This document shows positions 45,472-59,476 of a DNA stretch of 64,000 nucleotides, in pieces (position 1 is the first letter of the stretch; each line of letters starts with the position of its first letter). This DNA is from Eledone cirrhosa (Eukaryota), in assembly GCA_964016885.1 (NCBI GenBank), contig OZ024743.1:103230001-103294000 (forward strand). Reading direction: 5' to 3'. Position numbers and translations under genes: made by a program. A model generated the notes under the pieces. It was not told the origin of the DNA. It saw nothing but the letters and a program-made list of their open reading frames with translations, and did no database searches.

Positions 45472-48400
45472 TCCAGGAGATATTCTGCCAAAATGCATTC
45501 AAATTATGGAACACCCAGTCAATCAATGCTTGGCGGTCCAGTGGCATGACCAAATGGTCTGGGATTCTTACAGTCTGATTATCACCAACGTGTGGGAATT
45601 CATCGTTTCCCAACTGCATCAACCATCGGCCGTATGTCTCAGCCTCTTCGTTTTGCCCGAACATACGCAGTCGCATATTATCGTATAATCGCAAAACTCT
45701 GAGATGGCGCCACAACGGGGAGTTTTCAGACATGCATCGACAATTTGTGCTCTTTGAGCATTCCTAACAATTGGTGGCACCTGTCTGAAATCGCCACCAA
45801 GAACGATAGTCTTACCACCGAATGGCAGGACACTACCGCAGATATCTCTCAAAGTTCTGTCCAATGGCTCCAGCAAATATCTGTGTGCCATTGGAGCCTC
45901 GTCCCAAATAATCAGAGACGTATTGCGTATAAGGCCCGTGAGTTCACTGTGTCCTGTAATGTTACAGACACTCAACTCATCCGGAGCCAATGGAGCCTTG
46001 AAGCATGAGTGGAAGGTCCTTCCACCACTCAGCAAAGTGCCAGCGATCCCACTGGTGGCCACAGGGAGAGAAATCTTCCTCTGAGCTCTGACTGCCATAA
46101 GATAGTGTTGAAACAGAATGTCTTTCCGGTGCCTCTTGGAGCATCTATGAAAGCACAAAGTTGCTCATTAGTGGAAATCGAATGGAGAACGCCATCGACC
46201 AATTCTCTCTGAGATTGGATCAACATTGGCATACGTTCATCCACAATACGTTGCTGTTCCAGTGGATTAAACTGGAATAGTTCCCTCCGATCGAGTGGCA
46301 ACCGTCTAAGCTGCCATCTCATGTTCAATGCTAAGACACGTTGCCGCATTTCTTCATCAGGAATTGGCAAATTGAAATCTCTTAAACATTTGAAATGAAC
46401 ACCAAGCAGTTGATCAATATTGAGCAAAACAATAGCTTTCATCAAATTTTCAACATCGACCTGAAGATGATGGTTAAAATAATCAGCTCATAATTCCCCA
46501 ATGGTGTTCAAATAACTCTCTTGGATCGGCAGGATTGCAGAATCCTAGAATCGTGACAAACAACTGGCTTATTTGAGCTGGCATCTGTTGTTCCTGCAGC
46601 ATCCATGGCGTTATTCCATTCAGCGTCATTCCGAAGGAGTCCCAGATGCTGACATACAGCCTGGTATGTTTCATATTCCACGCCATTGAATGTTTTCAAA
46701 TCAGCGAAGCTCTGTTTACCTCTCGAAAAATCATTATGCAACGGAGTTCGGAGATAAAACACATCACCAGATGCGGGATGGACATTACAAACCCATCCAA
46801 TAGTCATGAATCTCAACTTTTGTTTTCTATCATTCCATTTCTTTCCCTTCTTATCCCACGTATAGTGCGAAGGGAAATCGCAGTAGAGTTGCCTTTGATC
46901 CGGGTTCAAAGCATGTTCCCTATTATGCTTGAACCACTCAGTCAATTCCGTCTTAGGAGGTGGTGCGTTAGCAATTCTTTCGACACCTCTTCTAGTGTCC
47001 TGAAAACAGACCATTTGTCTATTCTCTAAGTCAACCGTCAGTTTCTGAACGCTAGATTTGCGTTCATTGAGATCAAAATCGAACAATGTCCAGCAAGCTT
47101 CGATAGATCCAATCGAGCGAACATCCTAGAACCTGCCAACTTCATCTCCTTGGTTCGCCTCCTCATTCCTGACATTGATCATTGCCCGATCATGACCTTT
47201 GTAAACATATTTGAATAGATAGTTGCTAGCTTTCACTAAGCTACAAATTTCCATATTAATATGACAACGATATTTCATGATCAAATATGGATTGTATGGC
47301 ACAACCCATTGTTTTGTAACCTGTCGACCGTTTACATTTTCGACCAAACCGCGATCTGCAGGCGACCGTCTTCTGTATGAGGGATGAGCATCCCCATCGT
47401 TCCAGGAAGTGTTTACTGCATTGGCCATTTTTCATGAAAGGCGCTTTCCGATTTGCCACTCCGCATTGGTTGTGCACCATTGACTTTGCCACCAAGTTGC
47501 GTAGTGCCTCATTCTCCGGCAGTTCAGCACACACAACGCTATCGACATCCTCAGCACATCTCAATTTGCAATCTCTATGTAAAATGATCAGCAAATGTGC
47601 ATGTGGCAATCCTCTTTTTTGGAATTCAATTACGTATGTAAAAGCAACTATAGCTCCAAAGATCCCTCTTTTTCCACATCATCCATTATCTTTTTCAGAT
47701 ATCCTTTGAATACTCTTGCCATAATATCAGGACGGTCCTTTGGCTGTTGTCCTGGCAAAAGTGCATCCTTAATATCAGTCCATTCAGGATGGCATGTAAC
47801 CGTTATAAACAAATCTAGCTTTTAAAACTTTCTGACAATAGCCATTGCATCTTGATAGCGAATGTTCATATATCTCGGGCCGCCGATGAACGACGATGGC
47901 AAAATGATGCGTCGACCAATTTGCTTGTAATTGGCATCATCGGCTGTTATCGCATCCTGTATATTATTATACAATTCAGCTCTGATATGTTGCTGATGTG
48001 TAGCTATATAACTTAGCCTTTGATTTTCGATCTTTGCGAATGCCATACAACAGTATTCCTGGAAAAATCTGCTGGCTTGAAATAGCGCATTTCTCTGTTG
48101 ATTCCTCTCGTTCAAATGGAACGCGTAAAAGTCGCGAATCGAATTATTGTGTCTATTGCCGACTCCCTGTTGATGCTGATTCTCATGATCATCTAAATGA
48201 ACAGACATGTTCCATCCATTTTCACCTTTTGGGAATAAAAGAACATAATGCAATGGATTGTATGCCCTATTTGACTCATTGATAGTCTTGAGACCACCAT
48301 CTCTGCGATTGAGGACGATATCTCTCGATCCAGGCTTATCGTCCATCAACACAGTAATTTCACGAAATCCTTCAGGGGCATTATATCGCCGTTCGTGTTG

Positions 48401-48520
48401 ATTCCTTGGCACTGCGTCAGCCTTAATCACCAATGTTTGCTGCGGAACATTTTGCAGTTCAGCCACTAACATGAAATCCATAACATAAGGATTACACTGT
48501 CTAAGCCATGATTGCAAATG
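45472..48520 (-). mobile_element. Helitron Rep-helicase, frameshifted and truncated at both ends
   Basis: LHYVLLFPKGENGW, ILPSSFIGGPRYM...DAMAIVRKF, IEFQKRGLPHAH and YLFKYVYKGHD. PIF1 motifs FIDAPRGTGKTF, ATSGIA...GGRTFHS, IIWDEAPM and GGDFRQVPP. Confidence 0.93.
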
Positions 48521-49162
48521 ACACAATAATAAATACAATAATAAATATAAAAGATGTCTGTCAATGTAAAAAAGGTCCCTATTTACTCCCTTCACAACTC
48601 TGTGTATGTTAGACTGACAGACAGGCACACAGACAGATAAACTGCGTGGCGATTGTGGAACGCCGCACGTGCACACACATGCACGCATGGAAACGCGCAC
48701 ACGCACGCAAACTTACACACGTACCCGTGCACTTACACACACGCACACACACGATAGTTTTTACTTTCTGTGGAACGCTGCACGCACGCACACACACATA
48801 AACATACGCGCACGTACATACACACGCACAGGTGTTAATAGTTATTGCTTTCCTTCCCTCTTATTTCCACACATATGTCTCTACACTGACGCATATACAT
48901 AGTGTATCCAACATAGCGTTCACTTTGCCTTTCCCCTCTCACTCCCTCATTGGCATTATACATATTAATTTAAGTTTGGCGGCGTTGAGGTGGGCGGAGT
49001 CGTTTGAAACCTATGAACCGATGATAATCGAGAATTATGACACATGGAATACTGACATTGTTGAAATTAATATATAGATATGTGTGTGTGTGTGTGTGTG
49101 TGTGTATTACTCTTTTACTCTTTTACCTGTTCCAGCCATCCGGCTGAGGCCATGCTGGGGCA

Positions 49163-49255
<93 letters not shown>

Positions 49256-49413
49256 CCACTATATATCTGTATAAAAAATACATGGTTTTGCTTTTATTTA
49301 CTTTTATACGAAGAGTAAAAAGATTAATATTCGAAAAACTCAGATTATATTTATTGTATTCAGCTATGTAGAGCGAACTTTTTCTTTTTTATATATATAT
49401 GTATATATATATA

Positions 49414-49496
<83 letters not shown>

Positions 49497-49501
<5 letters not shown>

Positions 49502-49792
49502 CAGAGCTGTATGGGAGCATCCCAAAAGTCAGCTCAAAAGTGACACAGAGGAGACTGAGGTTGGCTGGACATGCTCACCGACATCCAGAGTTGACATTGC
49601 ACTAAGTGCTCCTTTGGGAGCCCCTACATGGACACACTAGAAGAGGAAGACCAAGGTTAACATATGTTGATGCCCTAAGGACAGACACTGGTCTGTCGGA
49701 GATGCAGGATATGGCAGCGATAATGAGGGACAGAGACCGCTGGAGAGAACTCGTCCATGGATCTCGGGAATTTTACCCGCCTTAGATAGATA
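49497..49792 (+). mobile_element. RTE-X-like LINE 3' end
   Basis: [31 protein letters not shown]...WEPLHGHTRRGRPRLTYVDAL...MRDRDRWRE, inserted in (TA)n. Confidence 0.8.
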
Positions 49793-50609
49793 TATATATA
49801 TATATATATTCAGAGAGAATCGCATTTCGGCGGGTAGAAAAAGCGAAACGTAACGCAAATTCAGAGTCATGCTGGCAAGTGCTCCATAGTTTAAAATAAA
49901 ACAGGGCTATAAACATATGTTATAAAAGCCATACAAACTGAGAATGTGTGTGTATTGAAAGAGCGAAGAATAACATGGTCAACAGTACAAAAAAGGGTTT
50001 TATTTACAGTCTAAATTGTTTCACTGATTAAGTTGTCTAAAAATTGCTGAACACTTGGAGCTGTGACACGCAATTTTAAATACATTGTTAGCTTAACCAG
50101 ATCATCGGAGAAACTGTTAAAATATGTTCAGTGTTTACGAATTCACAGTACATCATCAATAATAAAGAGAGAGAGAGAAAAAAAAGAAAGAGAGAGAGAG
50201 AGAAAAACGAAAGAAAAAGGAGAAAGGAAAAAAGAGAAAGATATAGAGAAAATAGGATAGAAAGAGAATAGAAAAGGATAAAGAAAAAGAAACATAAAGG
50301 GAAAAATAATGATATCAACAATAAATGAATGAATTCTAATAAATAAGTTACATCGAGGATGATACAAGACAATATAAAATATGAAAATAAATAAAGAAAA
50401 CAAAATAAGAAAAAAAAAATAAATAAATAAAAACTTACATAGGAATGCAAGAGAACTCATAAACTCGCTACCTACGTAAACCCCTTGTTGAGTCAAACAA
50501 CGCCGTACGCTAAAATTATCCACAATACGAAGTATTCACAACCTCTAACTGGATTACCTATAACGATGTTTTGTAATCCCTTATATATATATATGTATAT
50601 ATATATATG

Positions 50610-50665
<56 letters not shown>

Positions 50666-50672
50666 TGTATAA

Positions 50673-50710
<38 letters not shown>

Positions 50711-50732
50711 GCATGTATGTATGTATATATAT

Positions 50733-51511
50733 AAGAATCGCTGCTTTCACCCTTAACGGGATCTTCTGAAACTAACCAAGTCAATCTGTAAACGCAGAAG
50801 TGGATATTTAAAAAAACGTTGCAACCGGGGGAAGACAGGAAGACGATACTTTGGTTCGTGGAAACGGGAAAAAAACGAATATAATTGTTTCTACTTTAGA
50901 CACAAGGCCAGCAATTATCCCAGTGCATTACTGGTACTTTATTTTATCGAGCGGTGAAAAGCAATTACACGCAAAGACAGAACCACGTTTATGGTATAAA
51001 AGAAGTCATAGACTAATGTTCTCTTAGGTGGTTTATAGAGACGTTCTCTGGCAAAGAACGGAAAAAACGAAGATAATACGTCATATGTGGAGCGTGGAGA
51101 ACAATTGCACGCAAAGACAAAACCGCGTAAATGGTATAGCAGAATTCGTAGACTAACATTCTAATTAGGAAACCGAATGATTCTCCGCTTCGGAGTTAAG
51201 AATAAAGTAAATAAAATACAATACAGAGGTAATTGAAATTATATAAATACATACACGCATCCAAATACGTACATACACAAGCATACGCGAAAACACTCGC
51301 CATAGGTATACAAAATCACGCACATATAAATATGTGTGTGAGTGTGTGTGTGCGTGTATACAAATAAATAAGTAATTAAATAAACGTATATAAATAAATA
51401 AATGCGTATATAACAAGCGCAGAATCACTTTGCATATAACAAGCGCAGATTCACTTTGTTAGTTTCAGAAGATCCTGTTAAGCGTGAAAGCAGCGATTCT
51501 TTGCTTAAACT
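50733..51511. repeat. Element with ~45-bp inverted ends carrying a variant HHR at 51461-51511 (+)
   Basis: 50733-50777 is the reverse complement of 51458-51500. Motif: AGTTT-CAGAAGA-stem II-GAAA-GCA...TGC-TT-AAACT. Internal ~140-bp-period duplication at 50960/51100. Confidence 0.6.
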
Positions 51512-51642
51512 TTAATCTGTTATTTTAATAAATATTTACTCTACGGTTTTATATATTTGGTATATATTTATCCTTATCGAGCCCTCTTTGGATTTTAGTC
51601 TTCAAATTTTTTATTATTACTATATATATATATATATATATA

Positions 51643-51886
51643 TGGTGGCTGCCAACTCGTTTTCGAGTAGGGCCACTACTTTATATCCATGTAGGAGAAG
51701 CCCTACCGATGCACTGAACGAGTGTGACTTTTTAGTCCAGCCAGCGACTTGATAACTCCGGTACAAACACTACACTTGTGACAATTATTGACACATAGTG
51801 CTGGTCCCATGGTACCATGTGACGTCAAGTGCAGAGAGATCTCCAGATATAAAGCAATGCCTGTGCCGTGAAGCTTTTATAGTGAG

Positions 51887-51890
<4 letters not shown>
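51643..51890 (-). mobile_element. Short non-autonomous RTE-derived element, 3' part
   Basis: Reverse complement of 33365-33613. Confidence 0.75.
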
Positions 51891-51924
<34 letters not shown>

Positions 51925-52075
51925 GGGTGTGGACGATATTTGTTCGAAATTTTCAACCGCTAGTTTTATGCAATTTTTATGCTTCCGTTGTTACTCTTGT
52001 CTTCATAAAAACAGTGACTATATTTTATTTTTTTATTTTCAGAATAATTGATTATGAATAATTTTGAACCTACAA

Positions 52076-52164
<89 letters not shown>

Positions 52165-52173
52165 ATATATATA

Positions 52174-52308
<135 letters not shown>

Positions 52309-52631
52309 GTATATATGTATATGTATATATGTATATATATATATATATATCATAAATCATGTCCTTAGAATTATTAGATAAAATATATACCATTTCCTCT
52401 CCCAATTAGAATAATTAGCCATACAAAAAGTCAATTAGACCAAGCTATAAGAATAAAGGCTCTTATGAAGAAATCCCCGACAAATAACCGAAAGTGGCCT
52501 CTTCGCGGTGGCCCCAATAGAGTATTTATCCAACATTTCGACAGCATGTAGAAACTGACTAAATATACCATCAACCATACACAATTAGGTGTAAATTCAA
52601 ACTTAGAAGAAATGTGTACATACCGTAATTA

Positions 52632-52711
52632 TATATCTACCATGGTTTCATCCGTATTTTTATAAATCCAATTAATAGGAAATGTCCAGAGTTAGGATTC
52701 ATCAGGAGACA
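52632..52711 (-). ncRNA. Type I hammerhead ribozyme with extended stem II
   Basis: Minus: TGTCTC-CTGATGA-ATCC...GGAT-GAAA-CCATGG-TA-GATATA. Confidence 0.75.
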
Positions 52712-53054
52712 AACTCAAAATTAGACATTTAGTTTTCCGGCGTGATCGCGCCAAAATTAGATTCAAAAATGGCTAAGAATCGCAATGTGGCAGTGGTCAA
52801 GTTAGAAAGAATGTGATTGGTTGCTTACGGTGGGTAGGCTTGTTGCTAGAAAGCGCAGCCAAATATCGGCAAATTGTATCTCAACCTAACGGGAGATTAT
52901 TAAATATAAAGGTTTACATATACATAAAGTTATAGATATATATGTTGCAACCGGTCACTTTTTGGCTCGATGAAGAATTAATAATTTAAATAATCAGAGC
53001 AATATATCATACTTTATATTATACAATATATCAACTTTATGTAAATGTAAACCT

Positions 53055-54628
<1,574 letters not shown>

Positions 54629-56448
54629 TTCGCACTGAACTACCTGTTAGATTAATCGCCCCCTCTAAATCTGATCTGGGGGTTGTTAGTAAAGCCATCT
54701 TGGATAGGATTATCCCACAGGTTAGTTCTAATTGCTCTTCTTTAAACCTAAATTTATGGTTTGGTACTTCTGAAGTGATTGGCTGGTTCAACAAATTGGA
54801 TAATAAAAACAAACTAAAATTTATTCAATTCGATATTGCCAGCTACTATTCCTCCATTTCGCCTTCACTTCTCAATAATGCTCTATCTTTCGCACTTAAA
54901 TATTCTGACATCACCACAGATGAACTTCACATCATCCTCACCGCACGTAAAACCATCCTAGAGTTCAACAACGAATATTGGACCAGAGCCGATACCTCTA
55001 ACAACTTCGACATCACAATGGGAGCATCCGATTCATCCCAATTGACTGATTTAATTGGTATCTTCATTTTGAACTCTTTGAGTCGGAAAATTCCTCAACT
55101 TCGTGGTGGAATTTATCGTGACGATGGACTCTTTACTATCCTAAATTGCAATATAGTTAAACTTAATATTATTAAGAACAATATACGTAATCTCTTTAAC
55201 CAACATAACCTAAAAATTGAATTTGATAATAGTATCAAACTAGCTAATTTCTTGGATGTATCTCTTAATCTTGACACTGGCCTATATTACCCTTACCATA
55301 AAAACAATGAGAATCTTAATTATGTTAACTTTAAATCTAACCATCCTACCAATATCAAGAATGCTATAGTTAATAATATTGGAAATAGAATATCTAACAT
55401 ATCTTCTAATAAAAACATCTTTGATGCTAACGCCAATTACTATAATAACGCACTTTCTAAAGCCGGCTATCCAGATAAAATCAAATATAATAAAGAAACA
55501 AATTCTAGGAAAACTTACAGTAGAATATTTAATCATAACCATTCCAATAATTTTAATAAAAGACCTAGATACAAAAACATAATCTGGTATAATGCTCCTT
55601 TCTCCATCTCTATTAATAACAATATTCCTAAATTATTTTTTAGTGCCTTAAATAAATGCTTCCCTCCCTCACATATCTATAGTAAAATATTTAACAAACA
55701 CACCATCAAATTTTCGTATTCTACATCCTCCAATATTTCCAACATCATCTCTAAACACAACAACAAAATATTAAATACTAAATCTCTTCCTTCCAATATT
55801 GAATTTCATAATAACAGTAATAGTACTCCTGACGTCATTGTAAACCCTAGGCTAACTTCTGTAAACCCAAATGCAACGTCAAACACAACTTCGCTAAATG
55901 TTCATAATCCAACTCTAAATCAAGAAACTATTATTCCTATTATTCCTATCGCAAACAACTTCTCCAATCCAATTCCTTCTATAGATAACACTAGATCACT
56001 CATTAATAATCTCTCTAATTGCAACTGCCGCATTAAAAATAAATGTCCTCTCAACAACCATTGCCTCGATAAAAACTTAATTTATGAATGTAAAATTATA
56101 ACTAGCACCAATTCCTTCACCTATTTTGGCTCCACTTCCACCTCTTTTAAAGCTCGTCTCTATAATCATCATTCATCTTTCAAATACAAACTTAAAAGAA
56201 CTAACACTGCTCTCTCAGAACTCATATGGTCCTTAAAAGACAAAAACATTAAATATAACATCTTTTGGAAAAAGATTTCTTCTGCATCCTCATACTTGAA
56301 CAGCTCTCTATCTAAAATCTGTAATCTCTGCCTAAATGAAAAATTTACCATTATCTCTAACCTAGAATCCATAATAAATAGACGCTCAGATTTGTTTTCT
56401 ATCTGCCTGCATAAATTCCATAGAACTTTTCACAAAGTATACAGTTAA
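54629..56448 (+). CDS. PLE reverse transcriptase-GIY-YIG polyprotein, N-terminally truncated
   Basis: [74 protein letters not shown] (CxCx5C), [25 protein letters not shown]. The IY-rich start of the track ORF is microsatellite read-through. Confidence 0.88.
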
Positions 56449-57647
56449 TATTCAATTCTTTATCAATTTAGAATCTTTTCTCAAAGGCACATATACATAC
56501 ACCTCTTTAAAATATACCCATCTACCTTACTTTAAAGGGCATTATACACTCTATAATACTCGTTTACTCATTACCCTCATTCTATCTTCTCGTAAAACAA
56601 TAACATTTGTTTTTGACATTTTGAATATTCATCCGCAATCATTATTATTTTTTCTCTCTATCATAAATCTTTTTAATCTCAATTTCATCCTTAATTTATT
56701 ATTATATTTTTTTTAATATATACTCATATATTCTTTAAAATATACCCATCTACCTTACTTTAAAGGGCATTATACACTCTATAATACTCGTTTACTCATT
56801 ACCCTCATTCTATCTTCTCGTAAAACAATAACATTTGTTTTTGACATTTTGAGTATTCATCCGCAATCATTATTATTTTTTCTCTCTATCATAAATCTTT
56901 TTAATCTCAATTTCATCCTTAATTTATTATTATTTTTTTCTCCCCATCAACGAACTCATTATTAATACATATGAATTCAATATACAAACTTTAACTTCAC
57001 ATTATTTTTCTCAAATCCTTCTACACATAAACTTTTTTTCTCTTTGCTAATTTTGAAATTCCTACATTTCTTCTTTTGACGTTAGAATATTCACCCACAA
57101 TTATTATTTTTTTCTCTCTATCTTCATACATAATTTCCCTTCGTTAATTTTCAAATTCCTTTAATTTATACATTATCTTCCAACGGTTCCCAACCTCTCT
57201 ATATTAAAACATTATATCTTTTTCTCAGTTATAAAAACTATCTCTTTCTCTCTATCACCCATCTCTCCCTTTCCACCTTCACTCTCATCTCCTCCCCTTT
57301 TTTTCATCCTTTCCAACCCCCCCTCCCTAAATATAATATATTTTTTCCTCGCACATATCCTCCCTTCGTTAATTTTCAAAATTTTTAATTTATACAGTAT
57401 CTTCCAACGGTTTTCAACCCCTCTATATAAAATATATCTCCTCTCAGTTATAAAAACTATCTCTTTCTCTCTATCACCCATCTCTCCCTCTCATCTCCTT
57501 CCCTTTTCATCCTTTTCTCCCCCCCCCCCTCTCTAAATAAAATATTTTTCCCAATATCACACATCAATCTAAAACCACTTTTCATATGTTGATTTAAAAC
57601 TGCACTATCAACAAGTGTTTTTTTAGCCTTCATATCATGTTCTCCTG

Positions 57648-57714
57648 TTTTATCTGATGAAAACACAAATATTATTGTTTGATGATGTTTGTTTTTGAAA
57701 TGCGCATAATAAAA
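57648..57714 (+). ncRNA. Type I hammerhead ribozyme motif in the PLE pLTR
   Basis: TTTTAT-CTGATGA-AAACACAAATATTAT...ATGATGTTTGTTTTT-GAAA-TGCGCA-TA-ATAAAA. Confidence 0.78.
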
Positions 57715-57818
57715 TATATTGAACTCCTTTAACCATCTTTTGATCTTATATATATGTATATATATATATATGTATATAGGATATATATATGTATATAGGT
57801 ATATATATATATGTATAT

Positions 57819-57861
<43 letters not shown>

Positions 57862-57913
57862 ATATATATATATATATATGTATATAGGTATATATATATA
57901 TATATATGTATAT

Positions 57914-57959
<46 letters not shown>

Positions 57960-57991
57960 GTATATATATATATATGTATATAGGTATATAT

Positions 57992-58335
57992 ATCTATCTA
58001 AGGCGGGTAAAATTCCCGAGATCCATGGGCGAGTTCTCTCCAGCGGTCTCTGTCCCTCATTATCGCTGCCATGTCCTGCATCTCCAACAGACCAGATGGT
58101 GGATGGGTGCTACACGAGAATGCTGAGGATGGCTCTGAACATTAATCAGTATACACTGAGGATGAAAAACTCAGAGCTGTATGGGAGCATCCCAAAAGTC
58201 AGCTCAAAAGTGACACAGAGGAGACTGAGGTTGGCTGGACATGCTCACCGACATCCAGAGTTGACATTGCACTCAGTGCTCCTGAGGGAGCCCCTACATG
58301 GACACACTAGAAGAGGAAGACCAAGGTTAACGTAG
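57992..58335. mobile_element. RTE-X-like LINE 3' end with 5' inversion
   Basis: 57992-58093 is the reverse complement of the 3' end seen at 49690-49792. 58094-58332 is the upstream part in + orientation. Confidence 0.8.
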
Positions 58336-58336
58336 G

Positions 58337-58367
<31 letters not shown>

Positions 58368-58373
58368 GTATTT

Positions 58374-58432
<59 letters not shown>

Positions 58433-58619
58433 TAATTTAATATATCAACTAACATAGGCGCACAGATGCACGTCCATGCCAGCAAATACACAGGTTATGT
58501 CATAGTACCTAGGTGGTTCAATGCAGGAGGGTGCAGAACAATAATATAAAAGACGTAAAATAAGAAAATACTTTTTAACAAATTTTTAAAAAGTTTTTTA
58601 CTTACTTACTTAAATTTTC

Positions 58620-58701
58620 ACTCCAACTAATTAGTTTCTGCAATGGGATAAAGACAGTTACATAATCCAACTGTCGAGAATTCATTGCGTCATCAGGGAG
58701 T
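58620..58701 (-). ncRNA. Type I hammerhead ribozyme
   Basis: Minus: ACTCC-CTGATGA-C GCAATG...CATTGC A-GAAA-CTAATTAG-TT-GGAGT. Palindromic stem III, GUU site. Confidence 0.82.
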
Positions 58702-59172
58702 CTATTCTCAGCTGAGCCTCCAGGCAATGCGCGGACACTAGCGGCTCATATAAAAATAATAATTCGGTAGAAAGAACAGCTAGGCGAGGACTGGATTCTA
58801 TGTACTGAAATTCTCACTGCTTCCAGTCAAATGTCCGATTCTAAAGAATCAATCACGTGACATAGAGGCTAGTTAGAAGGAATGGGATGGTAAGATGACT
58901 GACGCCTACTAACACCCCAAAAAAAATTTTGAAGTGGTTTTGGCAGGTTTGCTCGACAAATCAGTGATTTGGAGATAAATATAGATAATTTAATATATCA
59001 ACTAACATAGGCGCACAGATGCACGTCCATGCCAGCAAATACACAGGTTATGTCATAGTACCTTGGTGGTTCAATGCAGGAGGGTGCAGAACAATAATAT
59101 AAAAGACGTAAAATAAGAAAATACTTTTTAAAAAATTTTAAAAAAATTTTTTACTTACTTACTTAAATTTTC

Positions 59173-59254
59173 ACTCCAACTAATTAGTTTCTGCAATGGG
59201 ATAAAGACAGTTACATAATCCAACTGTCGAGAATTCATTGCGTCATCAGGGAGT
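59173..59254 (-). ncRNA. Type I hammerhead ribozyme, second unit
   Basis: Identical to 58620-58701, 553 bp away. Confidence 0.82.
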
Positions 59255-59395
59255 CTATTCTCAGCTGAGCCTCCAGGCAATGCGCGGACACTAGCGGCTC
59301 ATATAAAAATAATAATTCGAAACTAATTAGTTGGAGTGAAAATTTAAGTAAGTAAGTAAAAAAAAAAAAAAATATATATATATATATGTATTATG

Positions 59396-59449
<54 letters not shown>

Positions 59450-59476
59450 TGTAGGTTCAAAATTATTCATAATCAA

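Larger units (their letters stand above)
54629..57750 (+). mobile_element. 5'-truncated PLE (Hydra-clade-like) with an open RT + GIY-YIG frame and an HHR-bearing 3' tail
   Basis: Open frame 54629-56448, then a 1.3-kb tail with internal duplications and an HHR at 57648. (TA)n on both sides. Confidence 0.93.
58428..59365 (-). repeat. 553-bp HHR-bearing unit, ~1.6 tandem copies plus a terminal inversion
   Basis: 58428-58766 is repeated at 58981-59319. 59319-59365 is the reverse complement of ~59147-59191. Confidence 0.9.
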
